A DNA stretch of 64,000 nt from Klebsormidium nitens (taxonomy: Eukaryota; Plantae; Klebsormidiophyceae), in assembly GCA_000708835.1 (NCBI GenBank), contig DF237253.1:43291-107290 (forward strand). Reading direction: 5' to 3'. How positions within the stretch are numbered: position 1 is the first letter of the stretch; every line of letters starts with the position of its first letter. Shown piece by piece: positions 13,701-25,670 of this stretch. Both the position numbers and the translations under genes were made by a program. Below the pieces are notes generated by a model, which ran no database searches, was not told the DNA's origin, and worked only from the letters and a program-made list of their open reading frames with translations.

Positions 13701-16700
13701 CAATTTTCGGAGGGGCACAGACGTCGGGTGTGAATGCGCCTTTGGACACCGCCTCAGGGCCTCCGTTGGAGCGTGCCGGTAGCAGTGGGGGCGCATTTAC
13801 ATCAGAGGGCCCTAAAAGGAGCGTGCGAAGTCGGCGGACGCCCTCCCGCACAAGCTCGCAGGAGATGACGTCACCGGAGTCAAGCGAGCCCAGCTCTCCT
13901 GCCCACCGGCGCTCGTCTGACAAAGCCCGGGCTGGTGTCAATACCCCCCCAAAGTTTCCCAGGGACTCCTCCGAAGGAGCCACCAGGTTCGCGAGCGTTC
14001 CTGGGCCCCCGGGTACGAATGCGGAGCGGAGAGGGAACGTTCTGACGTCAGCACAGCAAAGCGTCAGCAAAAGTGACCGGAAGCTTGCGAAAGGGACCTG
14101 GGCTCTCGGGGGCGCGGAGCTCGGGCCCCCGGGCGAGCACACGTTTTCGATGTGGTTGGACGAGGATAAAAAGCCGCCGGGATCGGCGAAGCGGGGGAGA
14201 GATGCGTCGGATTCTGGGGCTGCCTCGACGAGAGGTTCAGCAAAGCCAGTAAGGAACACACCCGCACCTGGGGCAGGCTACCGGGGGACGGTGGGAAAGG
14301 GCCCCAATGAAACCGGGGACTCTAGCCCGGGGCCCAAAGTGCACGGCCGGACTGACTCGGACCTCTCCGTTCGGACGTCCGAGTTCGAGGGGGGAATCTC
14401 GTCATTTGCGGGCAGCGAGACCAGCTTCGACTCCCCCCCCCACTCGCCTGAGCCGAAGCTGCCGGAATTCCACCCCCCCGAAAAGTTTGCGGCGTTGTTT
14501 GAGGGTCAGACAAATCAATCGGGGGGGCCGTCCAAGCCCCCTCGGAGCTCGCCAACCAGAGGCTCCCCGCCGCCGGGGTGGCCGTTCCCGTTGGTCGCCC
14601 AACCGCTACCGTCGGGCGCCCCACCAATACCACCATTTATCAAAGACCCCTCGTTCGGTGACGTACTCAAAGAGAGACGGGCTCTGAGTCCAGAACCGTC
14701 GGAAGAGCAGGAGAGGGCAACTAGGGAGGAGAGCGTTCCTTCGAACCTTCAATTCTGGCCATCGTGAGTGCCTTGATCTGTCTGTGTTTGTTTCTCGTAG
14801 TATACCCGATCAAGGTTTCTCCGTTTTGTTCCCCGCTTTTCATGAGCAACTTGCTCAGCGTCTAATGCTTTCCTTTGCTTGTGGGCTCATCTATATTTGT
14901 GTTGCCCTCGGGATGGCTGCAATCTTGGTCTTAACCTAAGGCCCAAGATTAAAGGCAAGAGCCCAGATGGTCAAACCCAAGACCGAGTGCAAAAAGGGCA
15001 ATGGGCATCGACGTTGAACATCTGCTGATCCGCCTGCCTCTCGTGATTGTTTGAGAGTCAAAAGTCTGCCAGTCATCCTCATAGCATCGCATATTGTAAT
15101 TACTTCCGAGCCACGTTTTATCTCCGCTATCGTTTTGTAGGTCCATTCCTAGCCACCATGGCTCTCCTGACTATCAACATGCGTGTCCGCTCTAATCAAT
15201 CCACGGGTCCAGGAGCCCAAGTGGTTCGCTCTGGTCCCCAAATAGTGACTAGGCTCATTGATGTATGCATTTTCTGTCGCCCCCTTTGAACGCCCACGTC
15301 CAACCTTGCAGGAACGGACCCCCCCAAAACGACGTCCCCACTCCTCCCATGCCAGGGCGGCCGTTGGCTCGTCCCCCGCTCCGCGCCTCCGAACCTAACC
15401 CCACAAACCCTCAGCAATCGTACAACCCGCTCGTTCACCCCCCTGGTTTTCAACCCGCGGCCCTCATCATTCCTAACCCTGGGTTTACCCAACCCGGTCC
15501 GAGAAGTCAGAGCTTCGCTTCCCAAAGCTCGACTCCCAGCCCTGATGTGCCCCCTGGTTATCGACCGGGTTTAGCGGAACCCTACTCCGGAAGCCCTGGG
15601 GTTAGAGACCCCGGTTTCAGAAACCCGCAGCTGAGCTTCGGGTCACAGAGCTCGGGGAATCAGTCACAGAATCCGGGTTATGCTAACCCGGACCTTAACC
15701 GGCAGGATTCGTACGCTCGGAGTTTCGGGTCTCACAGTTCCGGCCTGGGGCAGAGTCCTGCTGCGATAGGAGGAACGCGGATGCAGTCGCAGGAGTCCAT
15801 ACGACGGAAAGGGCTGTGTTCGATGTGCGGGCAGAAGTCAAACAAGAAAGTGCAGGTAAGCGAAGCTCTGGAACACTTTGAATCTGCGTCGGTTGAGCGT
15901 CAGAGCCTGAGACTTTGGGTCTTGAAGAAGCTGGGCGTTCTGAGGACTGTTTCGTCGTGTGAAGGGTTATGAGGCGTTTCTTTGGTCTAAAGCTGTCCAG
16001 CCGTTGAGCCTTTTTGGCTCACAATTGCTCAAAGGGTTACACTGATCAGACTTCGGAGTTTGTGTCAAGGATAGACATGTCGGGTGAACACCTTGGTCGT
16101 TCCGAGGGATATTTGATTTCAAACAGTCACTCCGACGCATCTTGTGTTCATCAGATTTTATGTGTGGCACATTCCAGGAAGGACGATCCTCTGGAGCCAA
16201 CAGATTGTGACCATCAGACTGCCTGTGCCCATCGAAAAGTCGCACGCTTTAAAAGATTGCTTGAACCCAATGTCCTTGTTTCAAGGCATATTTTTCATGT
16301 CGGACCGCTCTCCTAAAAGGCAACTCGGTTGTTTCGGCTGGTTTGGGTGGGTTCGAATGCGGAGCGCATCATTGTTTGGCTTAGCATTTTCAGTTTGTTC
16401 TTACCCAGCGGAATGAACTCATGATTCATGCTGCACACTATTCATAGATTCAAGACTCACCGAATTCTTCTTTGATTGCGCAGTGCCTTGTATGCAACAA
16501 GAAGTACTGCGAGAGGTGTGTGGAACGCGCCATGGGATTCATGCCCGAGGGGCGGAAGTGCGTTGGTAAGCACACGTGTCCACTCTACGTTCGTTCATTG
16601 TTGTTTAAGACAGCTCGTTGAGCCGGGAACAAGCGGGGTCGGTCTAGAGGTTTTGCGGGGGCATAGCGTGCGGCATGATCATTTCCGGGCATGGAACTGC

Positions 16701-19700
16701 CTCAGTGCGAACAGATACAAACCAAGGTAGCCTTACCCAAACAGAGAGTTGAGACTCATCGGGTAAGAGCGTGGTTTGCTGACCACATACTGCACATCTG
16801 AAGCATCCTGTTCAGATCTAGGGCTTATGAGGGCTGCCCGGTAGGCAAAGCCCACCCGGCCATACTTCAGGCGTCCAGGAATTCTCTTTCCTTTCTCCTG
16901 CGGTTTTGCTTCCATGAAGCTCTTTCTGATTTTGGTCACAGTCGATACAAATCAGAAGAACTACTCTGTTTTCGTAGAATTGAGTTGCGTGAAAAATGAC
17001 GTTTTGACGACGCAAAACGGCCCTACCTCAAGCCGCCAAAGTTTTTTCTTTGCGGTTCGTCATCTGTAAGCCATCTCTTTCATCGATACTTGCTCCAACC
17101 ATAGGATCAACTCAAAATACCATCTCTTGTTGATTCGATTGATCCAAGTCAATCGATAGATGCATGGCTTCTCCATATCAGGGAACTCCCGATCGACAAC
17201 GCGGACTGTCTCCAACTCAGGCCACACCGTTTCTCTATCTCTCCTCTCGTCTCGTCTCCTCCCTTCCATGAGCCAACTCATCGAATGATCACACTCAACT
17301 CCAGTCACAAAGCAATTCTTGTACTCTTATTGGAGTTCTGTGGGGTTAGATCGTGACGAAACAAATCGGCCCCAATTCGGAGGCTCGGACAGCACCTCCT
17401 TCTCGCTTCCCTCTTATCTTACAACTCCTCGGTCCTAGCAACCGAAAATTAACGATCGCGATGCTAAAGAGTACGGTGTGTGCTGCCCGTTTTCAGGCCG
17501 TGCCGGGATGCCTAACCACAAACCGAATCGGCCCCACCTTGTCTGCGACTCTCACTCCATCTTTTTGAATAGGTCACAACCAACTCGACTTTCAGATCGA
17601 CTCTTGTGTTCTCATTTCTAGGCTGCGTGAAATTAAGTGTTGACAAAGCAACCAGCCGCACCTCAAGCCACCATTCGTCTCTTTCCTTCACGGCCTTTCC
17701 CCTGAAAGCCAATCTTTCCGTACTGGTCATAGGTGAAAGCAACTCAAAAGATCAGCACCAGTCGACGTTTTGGTTGGTTTGAATTTAATCAAGTATCGTT
17801 TCACTGGATGTGTGGAGTTGAAGATCGACGAAGCGAACCGGCCCGTCCTGACACCACCGCTCTTCCGATTCCCTCACGGGCATTCTCCTGAAGTCCGTCC
17901 TTCACCGGTCACGGACAAAACCGACTCAGAAGAGCAACACCAATTGACATTGTGATCGGTTTGAACAAAAGCATCTGTTGTTTTCTCAGGATGCGTGGGT
18001 TTGAACATCGACGAAGCGAACCGGCCCCGCCTCTCTTCTCTTTCCCTCACGGTGATTTTTTAAAAGCTCAATCTCTCATTGGTCACAGATAGAAGCGTCT
18101 GGTTGGATTGATAAAAAAAAAAACATTTATTCTCTCAGGATGCGTCGGATTGAACATCGACGAAGCGAACCGACCCCACCTCGGTCGCTCGGACAGCACC
18201 ATTCCTGGACTGGCCAAAGACCGGACGTCCGAGATCCTGAAAGCGGAGCTGGTGTCGGTTGCTAACCTGGCGGGTTCCGAGCGGGTTGTGGTTAACCGGA
18301 AGCCGCTAACCCGGGAGGAGCTGGCCGCACTGTTCAATGCAGAGCGGCCTCCGCCCAGGATGGATCGCGGAAACTTTTGGTGAGTGGATTCTTTTCAACC
18401 GGTCGTGTATTTTATTTGTTCCGTAAAATCGACGCGGGTTATCGGTAACCGGAAGCCGTTAACCTGGAATGAGTTGGCTGGACTAACAAACGCGAAGCAG
18501 TTGCCGCCCAGGATGGACTGCGGAGACTTCTGGTAAGTGATTCTTATCAACCGGTCATGATTTTGCCTTGTTGTGAGAGAAAGATGTGGGTTATCGCTAA
18601 TCGAGCCGCTAACCCGAAATGAGCTGGCTACCCTAATTAATGCGGTTGCCGCCCAGGACGGATCGGGGGAACTTTTGGTAAGTCTCAGTTGTTGAATCTT
18701 GGACTGCAAGTTTTGGGCTTTCAGATGCACGCCTTCGTGCTTCTTAGTAGTTCGTCCCTCATCGTCACAACATTCAAGATGCCGACACTCTCTGCTTCTT
18801 GAAGATACGAGTTCGCCGCTTCAAACCCTTTACAATACCTCTTAAAAAGAGATGTGTAGGCCACCCTTGCCATTCTTGTCGAGATATGGAATCAGCGTTA
18901 GCTTCAAGCGTTGCCACTAGTCGAGACATTTTGCAAGCGCTCCCTCATTTTTCAGAGACTCGACGAACTTTCGACATCCAATACAGCTTTCCTGGAACCC
19001 TTCTATCATCACAGCTCGATATGATGATCTTCGGAGCTCCTTACGAGATCGGAGGAGTGTCAATCAGCTTGTCGTGGTCCAGACTTTGAAGCGTCCGTTT
19101 CTACCGCATGCTCGAAAGAGAATCTTGTTGGAACGGATCCTGATTGTGACAATGTTCTCACAGGTACGATGCGCGGTCGGGGCTGTGGGGTAAGATGGGC
19201 CGCCCATTTGAGCGGATCGTTGCGCCGGGGCTCGAGGTGAGGTGGCAGCCTCTGATTGGTTCAGATTCCTTCTCTATGTGTGAGGATGTAACCAAGCGGT
19301 CTGAAATCGATATTTGAATGTAGCCAGTGGCCTTTCTGTCCACGACTCTTTCCGGGCAGTCTGAATTGTTGCCTTGGGTCTTATGTAATGTTTTGTGGTC
19401 TTGGATCGGTGCGACTTTGGCCCCGCATAGTGTTCTGTGTCCTTCGGTCGCCAGTTACAAAGCCCGTATGTGGATTCGGTGCTTGCAATCTTTCTTCAGA
19501 GAATATGTCGACCCCTTACCCTTCGACACAATCGCGTGTGCGACTGCAAAGGTGGATACTCGGCAAACGCGCAGAATTATCGAATAACTCTGGTCCGCTG
19601 AAGGCGTTTAGGGTAGGCGAAGTTCCCTTCTACCGAGAAGGATCGGTCTGGAAAAGGCAAGGGTTATAGCTTTGAACCTCTCCGAAAAGGCTAGCGGTTC

Positions 19701-22700
19701 AAACGCAAAGGTGCCTTGAAGGTGTCAATCTGGAAGGAGCAAAGATGTTCACTATGAGGCTCTTGGAGAGCGCCAGCGCTTCAAATGCACCGACCCGCCA
19801 GTAATCAATATGGAAGAAGCAAAGGTTTAGGGGAGGCGAAGCTTCTCTTCTATCGAGAAGAAGAGGCAAGGGTCATCACTTTGAAGCTCGCCGAAAACGC
19901 CGGCGGTTCAAACGCAACGATGCCTTAAAGTGTCTCGCTGGAAGAAGCAAAGATCTTCACTACGACGCTCTCCACAAACGCCAGCGCTTTGTACGCCCTA
20001 CAGGTCGGGGGCCCCTTACCCCAGGACGCAAGCAGCGGCTCCACCCGGGTTTACCTCAACGGACGGGAGCTGGGTAAGCGAGAGTTGCGGCTGTTCAAGT
20101 TTGCCGGCGCGAAGCTGAAGTCGAACAAGCGGATCTGGCTGGACGCAGACGGAGCGTATGGAGAGGAAGGGGGTCCGGCGAAGGGCAACATGTGGGAGCT
20201 GGTAAGGGAAGAAAGAGTAAACATGTTTATCCTGAGTTCGTTGTTTTGGCGAAAGGTGCCAGTCAATCCAGAAAAAGCTACATAAAGCTGGAAAGGTCTC
20301 CAGAATTGCAGAAGTCCGCACGTGCTGCAGCAATTTTGTGCATAGAGCTTTGATTCTGTCAGCACTTTATGTTGTTTCAACTGCAACGTCAGTCATCTGC
20401 TCGTCAAAATCAGCAACTGCTGATAACAATTGAAACTCTAGAAGGCGTCCAATGAAGGGTAATAAGTGGAAGCGGGCGAGGATTACTTAAACCTGAACAT
20501 CTCGATCCCCAGTTTGTAGATCTGTGAAACTCTAAAAGGCGTCCAATGAAGGGCAATATGTGGGAGCTGGTGCCGATTCCTAAAAGCCTGCAACGAGTCA
20601 CCCGAATTCATCTGGCCTTGCCGACTAGCTGTACCTGCTGGACATACGTATTTCCGCTCTTAAGAAATTACAAATGCCTCTAGTCAGCCGGCTCCAAAGA
20701 GCGGTGATCGATTGATTTATCACATTAACGGCCGTATGTTGCACGTCGTTTAAATCTGTGATGACTCACTTGTACCACGGAACTTGCTTCACTCCTTCAG
20801 CACCTAGTCGGCCGGCCCTTGCGGGGTCGAGATGCGGTTGGTCACGAACCAAATTGAGGGCAATCGGACGTGACGTGGATTCGCGAATGCCAATTTTTCA
20901 TCGTTTGGGATGCGCATAGAACCGATGGTGTCTCTGGAAGGTTGCTTGCAGAAACCCCTCCTGCTGATGCTGCCCCTGTTTCGTCTGCCCCGCGAAATGA
21001 CAACGCGGCTCGTCAAGAATGCCAACCTTGGCGATTTTACCTAGTCTGGGTATTTCGAATTTTCTGAAGACCGTATGAACGCCGGAACTCTTGACCACAA
21101 ACTATCGCTCTCTGCAGAAACCCCTTCAGCTGATGCTGCCGCTGTTCGGCCGCCCCAAAGTGAAGTCGAGTCGCGGCTCGTCAAGAAGGCAGAGCTTGAG
21201 GCAACATTATCGTGCCTTTTAAGACGTATTGACAATAAGATCTCGCGACTTCAAAGACAACGCAATGCAAGCTTCCTCAACCACAAAATTCCTTGTTGCA
21301 GAAACCGCTTCAGCTGATGCTGCCCCTGTTCGGCCGCCCCGCGAGCGAGGTCGAGACGCGGCTCGCCAAGGAGCTGCAGGCCGAAGCCGCGAGTAGGGTG
21401 TCGAAACTGCTGCTGGTGGGGCCCCCCGAAACGGGAAAGAGCACGTTCGCGCGCGTCGTCCGGGAGATGTACGGGAGCGGGTTCAGTGAAGAGGAGCAAG
21501 CGGGGGAGTTGCGAGCGATGGTACTGGCGAATGTGCTGCACTGTGCGAGGAGATTGCTGGAGGGTCGGAAGGAAAAGTTCGACGACGAAGAGGTGAATTA
21601 TATTTTGTTTTCGGATTCGTATCGTAATATTTCCCATTTTCCCGGCTTTAAAAGAGGAAGCGGGGAGTTGCGAGCAATGGTGCTGGCAAATGTGCTGCAC
21701 TGCGCGGGAGATTGCCGGAGGGTCGGATGGAAAAGTTCGATGATGAGGAGGTGAGGCACTTTAGCTGTTTCTTGAGGATTTTGCGAGATACGACTTTTAA
21801 TATTATTCCTTTTCTTCCATTCAAATGCTTTTGAGGTGAGGGTTTCGAACAACTGTCTCACTGAACTGCGCTGAACTGCGCACAAATGTTGCTTGAGGGG
21901 CGTAAGATACGTTTCGCTGACGAAGAGGGACGTGGTCAAAGACGGCAATTGCCAGCAAAATGTTGGTCTAAGATTGGCCATTGCGCTTCATTGGGTAAAG
22001 ACCGGGATCTTGCATGCAACCTCATGAAAGGTAGTAGTAAGCCAAGAGAATATCGGGCTCCGACTAACACCAAAATTCCTAACCTTAAAAGTAACCTTCT
22101 CTATACCCATACCCGCCCTAACCACTTGAGTAACCCTACCCGTCCCAGTGCGGTTACCTTGTGGTTAAAACGGTTCCTTATTATTCTCGTTGAGTTCGAT
22201 GGCTCTCCCGACAATGATGTTAGCCAACGTTTGGTACCAGCCAAGGCGGCCGACGGAAAACGTAAAAAACGAACAACGACGACGTGAGGAACACACACGA
22301 GCTGTGTCTTTAGATGACGTTCAAATGACGTCAGACCAAGCATTTCCCTCCCCATTCGCAGGGCGAAGAGGACCAATGGAAGTACGGTCTCGAGCCAGAA
22401 AACGAGCCGGTTGCGGCGCGGGCGCTTATGGCGATTTCCACGGCGCTTGGAATCGCGGAAATGGAGAAGGGGAAGTGGCTGACGTTGGACTACAAGCTGG
22501 CGGGAGATCTCCAGCGGCTCTGGCGCGATCCGGGAGTGCAGGTGGGTCGCTTGTGGCGAATCGCACCAAATAGGGTGGCAGCTGTGGTGTGCTGACATGC
22601 TCCCGGGTGCGTTTGATTCGGTGTTCGGCGTTCGTTTGACTTTATATTTGGACTGCTGTTTTCCATACGTTTGGCTCGTCGGTGGTGACTTGTGAGCGAT

Positions 22701-25670
22701 GTTTCTGCACTTGAATTGCCTCAGGCCAATCGTGTATGCAAGGCGGCTCGTAGAATGTTGATCTGTCGGTGAATTGTGCCTGTCTCTTCTCTGGGGCGTT
22801 CTGAGTTGCATCCGGTATCCGCCCTCTTTGTTGATGAAAGCGGAACCAATTGTATATGCAAGGCGGCTCGTAAAATGTTGATTTGTTGGTGAATTGTGCC
22901 TATCTCTTCTCTGGTGCGTTCTGAGTTGCATCCGGTATCCGCCCTCTTTGTTGATGAAAGCGGAACAGCAGGACAAACGAATGACTACACAGAACAGATC
23001 TCGAGACAGAGGCTGCAGCTAGTAGGTAAGGTATGTGGGGCTAGACTTTTCCGGCAAGTTTTGGACCTTTCGTTTCAATTTGACGTTCACGTTCTGACAC
23101 TTTGGGTCCTGCAGGCAACGTTCCGTGTAGGCGGAGACATTTCCCTGCCCGACTCGACCGACTACTTCATGGACCGCCTCGCGCAGATCAGCGCACCAGG
23201 ATACGTCCCGTCCTGGGATGACGTCATGGCGTGCCAGGTGACATCACTCCCCTTAAGTGATTGCTCAGATGAAGGTTAACGTAACCTGTCCTCGCTTCTT
23301 GCTTACAGATCCTTTGCCACGGTCCACTTACACTTGCTGCTTTTTTGTCCTCTGTCTACATCAGTTCAATTACTTATAATAAAGCAGCGAGCGTGGCTGA
23401 CACTTCAATGTCGTCATCCTCGTTTCAAAGCCCTCGGCCCTCTACGTACTCAGTTGCCCGTGTTCCCTTGAGGTACTGCCCTTCTCATTTTGCTTGCGTC
23501 CAAGCGTTCGCCTCAGATCGTTATTGGAAGGTCAAAATTGACACTGAATCGTGACCGCAGGTTCTGCACCAAGTCATCCCGACAGGCGTCACCCAAGTCG
23601 ACTTCTCCATCGACGATCCGGAGCCGTCCGCTCTCTCCCCAACCGTTCCGTTGAGCGGAGGTTTGCCGTCCGTGTACGAGCTGGAAAACGCCGGCCTGGG
23701 CGCCCCGTTCTCAGCGGGAAACGCGGTGCCGTCTGCCACGTTCCGGTTGCTCGACGTCGGTCCGGGACATCTAGCCGATTCTCCGGGGTGGAGGCGGGTG
23801 AGTGTTGTGGTTGAAAGCTTGAGCCGTTACAGCTCTTTCGTTTACTAGGTTCGGAAGTGCCGGCTTTGGCGCTCCGTTCTCAGTGGGGAACGCGGTGCCG
23901 TCTGCCGTTTCCCGCCTGATCGTCGTCGGCCGGGACATCTAGCGAATTCCCCGGGGTGGAGGCGGGTCAGTGCAATAGTTTGAATTTCCAGCGGTCTCGC
24001 TTTGTTTGTGTGTTGGCCAGTCTTCTGTCTGGTTTTGGCAGAGTGTCTCAGGTTTCGAGACGCATGTGCGGGACATCTAGCGGATCTCCGGGGTAGTGGC
24101 GGGTAAAGTGGGCTGTGCGGAAGTTTTTAAGTATCCTGGTGTTCGGTCAGCTTTCAACGTCCCTTAATGGGCTTGCGAGACCGGAACAGCAGACTCCGAA
24201 GTCTGCTGCGATTACGCCAAAGCCTTTTGGATATGGCGGTCCGTCATCTGTCTTCGTCGAGATGCGGACTCTCAAGAGCTAGTTTATCCTTCGTTGCTCC
24301 TATGCCGGACCCTGGTAGACCTGCGATGCGGAATGCTAAGAAGTTGCCAAAATTTGTTGTTTGTTTTGCTCCTTCAGAAACTACACTCGACCTTTGCAGA
24401 CCTTGAGAGTGTGATCTCCAAGGGGCGAACGAGAGTGCAGCTCATCATAGTTCATTCGGCTGGCCTTCATAAAGTAGAACGCTTGCGCTATCTGGAGTAG
24501 TTCCCTTTGCTTCAGCAAGGAATGGAAACTGGCACTTAAATCCCCAAGAGACTTTTCCGCTAAGTGTTAGCGGGTTTTGTTTTAGTGGGCCTTAGCGCTA
24601 CCATCCATCCGGGACAAAATGAAGGTCGACTTAGAACGTTTGTGGAGTCGGTTAATTCTGCCTTGCTCTGTTTGATCTTTACTTTCAATCCTGCAGGCGT
24701 GCGACATGTTCCAAGACGTTTCGGCGGTCCTTTTCTTTGTCGGCCTCAGCGATTTTGACCGCTTCCACTCCGTTGGCGGCGAGTTCCACAACCGGCTTGA
24801 GGACGCGCGCGACTTGTTTGAGTCCGTCATCAATTCGCCCAGCTTTGAGGTGAGCTGTTAACCAAGGGTTGTTTTTACTGGTATGGTTAACGCAGGATTC
24901 TGTCCTGTTTTGGTTACCCAGGCTTTTATCCTGTTCCTGCTCTTTGAACCTTAGGTAACCAGGCTTAGTTAGTATGCAACCGGCTCGAGGACGCGCGCAA
25001 TTTGTTTGAGTCCGTCATCAACTCGCCCAGCTTTGAGGTGAGCAGTTAACCAGGTCTTCCAACTTGTTTCGTTTCTCTTAACCCCAGAAGTATCAATCAC
25101 TCAAGACAAGATGTTACGCAATTCAGCTGCTTAAGGAAGCACGCGAACCTTTTCAGCGGGTAACAGACCCGCCCAGCGTTGATCTCAGCAGTTAACTTTA
25201 GTTTCCATCCTGTTGTGGTTAAAGTTTTTCATCCTCTTTACGGGCTTTAAACCACAGGTAACTAGGCGTAGCATGTATGCGACCGGTCGGAAGACGCACG
25301 CGGCCTCCTTTTCCTGCCCAACCTGGTCTTACGCAGAAAAGGATTATTTCGTTTGCAGAATAAGCCGATCCTGCTCCTCTTCAACAAGTTCGACCTCTTT
25401 TGCCGGAAGCTCCGCGCAAACACGTCGCTCACCGAGTGCGACTGGCTGGAGGACTACGACCCGGGGGATCACTCTACGGCCAGCGACCGGTTCCGAGAGG
25501 ATGTGGAAGCGCAGAACGCGTATATGTACATAGAGAAGAAGTTCACGGCGCTCGTGGAGGAGCGCAATAAGCGGGCCCCTCAGGTGGAGGTGCTCGTATA
25601 TAAGCTGTCGGCGGTGCAGCAGGAGTCGGTGGATATGGTGCTGATGCATTTGCCGGACATAGTACTGTAA
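7754..25670 (+). CDS. XLG: Extra-large G protein (XLG), ~2,621 aa: N-terminal Zn ribbon, long low-complexity region, Cys-rich and XLG N-domain, C-terminal G-alpha domain
   Basis: Phase-consistent exons: 7754-7856, 8824-12549, 13161-14763, 15312-15855, 16484-16565, 18139-18379, 19164-19236, 20004-20201, 21302-21592, 22362-22541, 23115-23237, 23561-23797, 24697-24849, 25359-25670 (7,866 nt). Spliced product contains [57 protein letters not shown]-loop [21 protein letters not shown] and LLLFNKFD, matching XLG family motifs. Exon 1 is the least certain join. Confidence 0.92.
11532..11762 (+). repeat. Coding tandem repeat, 33 bp x7 (11-aa SDVAP unit) inside XLG exon 2
   Basis: [11 protein letters not shown] / [11 protein letters not shown] / [11 protein letters not shown] / [11 protein letters not shown] / [11 protein letters not shown] / [11 protein letters not shown] / [11 protein letters not shown]. 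Confidence 0.9.
17795..18690 (+). repeat. Degenerate intronic copies of both ends of XLG exon 6
   Basis: 5'-end copies near 17797 and 17981 (atcgacgaagcgaaccggccc); 3'-end copies near 18437-18545 and 18587-18690, each ending ttc/ttt-tg|gtaagt. Confidence 0.9.
19590..20003 (+). repeat. Intronic ~240-bp tandem duplication ending at the exon 8 acceptor
   Basis: Paired segments gtttaggg..gcgaag..aggcaagggt..ctttgaa..gcggttcaaacgcaa..tgcctt..ctggaag.agcaaagat.ttcacta..gccagcgctt. Confidence 0.8.
20940..21925 (+). repeat. Degenerate intronic copies of both ends of XLG exon 9
   Basis: gcag|aaacccc.....ctgatgctgcc at 20952 and 21118 versus the real acceptor at 21302; 3'-end copies at ~21650-21756 and ~21885-21925. 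Confidence 0.9.
22727..22966 (+). repeat. Intronic 120-bp tandem repeat x2
   Basis: ccaat.gt.tatgcaaggcggctcgta.aatgttgat...gttctgagttgcatccggtatccgccctctttgttgatgaaagcggaa occurs twice head to tail. Confidence 0.92.

Noticed and set aside
22101-22976. 291-aa minus ORF with a 40-aa duplication
   Set aside because: Produced by the intronic 120-bp repeat plus the antisense of XLG exon 10.
17795-25055. Repeats separated by unique sequence, considered as a CRISPR-like array
   Set aside because: Units are degenerate exon copies of variable length in eukaryotic introns; no constant repeat or spacer length and no cas genes.
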